Part shown: in pieces, positions 63,558 to 64,000 of the stretch
Position numbering within the stretch: position 1 is the first letter of the stretch
How the letters are laid out: every line of letters starts with the position of its first letter
Assembly (NCBI GenBank): GCA_963793265.1
Contig: CAWBZI010000001.1
Span: 1,216,001 to 1,280,000 of the forward strand
DNA: 64,000 nt
Source of the DNA: an uncultured cyanobacterium
GTDB lineage: Bacteria; Cyanobacteriota; Cyanobacteriia; Phormidesmidales; Phormidesmidaceae
Reading direction: 5' to 3'
Notes under the pieces: model-generated
Told to the model about the DNA's origin: nothing
Seen by the model: the letters and a program-made list of their open reading frames with translations, nothing else
Databases searched by the model: none
Program-made: the position numbers and the translations under genes

Positions 63558-63586
63558 GTAGGGGCATAGCAATGCTATGCCCCTAC
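63558..63586. repeat. Perfect GTAG-family REP-like palindrome
   Basis: GTAGGGGCATAGCA-A-TGCTATGCCCCTAC, 14-bp arms, 13 nt after the psbD stop. Confidence 0.85.
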
Positions 63587-63599
63587 CGTCAGGCACGAT

Positions 63600-64000
63600 T
63601 TACAGCGCGTTACCACGAGGAAGAACTTCCTCAGGGAACACAAACTGCTCATGTGGCTGATCCTGTGGGCTCAACCACGCACGGATGCCTTCGTTCAATA
63701 GAATGTTCTTCGTGTAGAACGTCTCGAACTCTGGGTCTTCCGCTGCGCGAATCTCTTGGCTCACGAAGTCATACGCTCGTAGGTTCAATGCCAAACCGAC
63801 GATGCCGACTGAACTCATCCATAGGCCCGTAACGGGTACGAACAGCATGAAGAAGTGCAGCCAGCGCTTGTTGCTGAACGCGATACCGAAAATCTGTGAC
63901 CAGAATCGGTTCGCTGTCACCATCGAATACGTCTCTTCTGACTGCGTAGGCTCAAAAGCGCGGAACGTGTTGGCGTTGTCATCGTCCTGGAACAACGTGT
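63600..64000 (-). CDS. psbD: Photosystem II D2 protein, 3' part
   Basis: [53 protein letters not shown]. Confidence 0.99.
   Translation of the reverse strand, partial: TLFQDDDNANTFRAFEPTQSEETYSMVTANRFWSQIFGIAFSNKRWLHFFMLFVPVTGLWMSSVGIVGLALNLRAYDFVSQEIRAAEDPEFETFYTKNILLNEGIRAWLSPQDQPHEQFVFPEEVLPRGNAL

Overview
Cyanobacterial chromosomal segment: form IB rbcL-rbcX-rbcS, psbH/psbN/psbD, and about 70 copies (counted by eye) of the HIP1 octamer GCGATCGC. Most of it is core genome: pntA (partial), rpmH-rnpA-yidC-jag-yceD, ycf46, sigC, an SNF2 helicase, rpsP-khpA-phoH, psbN/psbH-tatA-pth, ahcY, panB, rbcLXS, msrB, ftsI, ilvB, a Hik2-like kinase and a solo psbD (partial). Accessory content includes a TetR-GST-PNPOx module, a giant CAP-G8-PKD-LamG protein broken by one in-frame TGA, an orphan phage-type lysozyme, ParDE and MNT-HEPN toxin-antitoxin pairs, two GT-C-type membrane proteins, a collapsed hydrolase pseudogene, two secreted paralogs sharing a domain I do not recognise, a knotless phytochrome/CBCR kinase and GTAG-type REP repeats. 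The strongest unexplained signal is compositional. Local G/C skew flips at HIP1 sites (G/T-rich 5' of the site, C/A-rich 3' of it), mid-gene and independent of gene orientation, which suggests a strand-asymmetric repair or mutation process anchored at HIP1. I saw no rRNA, tRNA, CRISPR array or transposase. All family calls come from motif recognition, not database searches.
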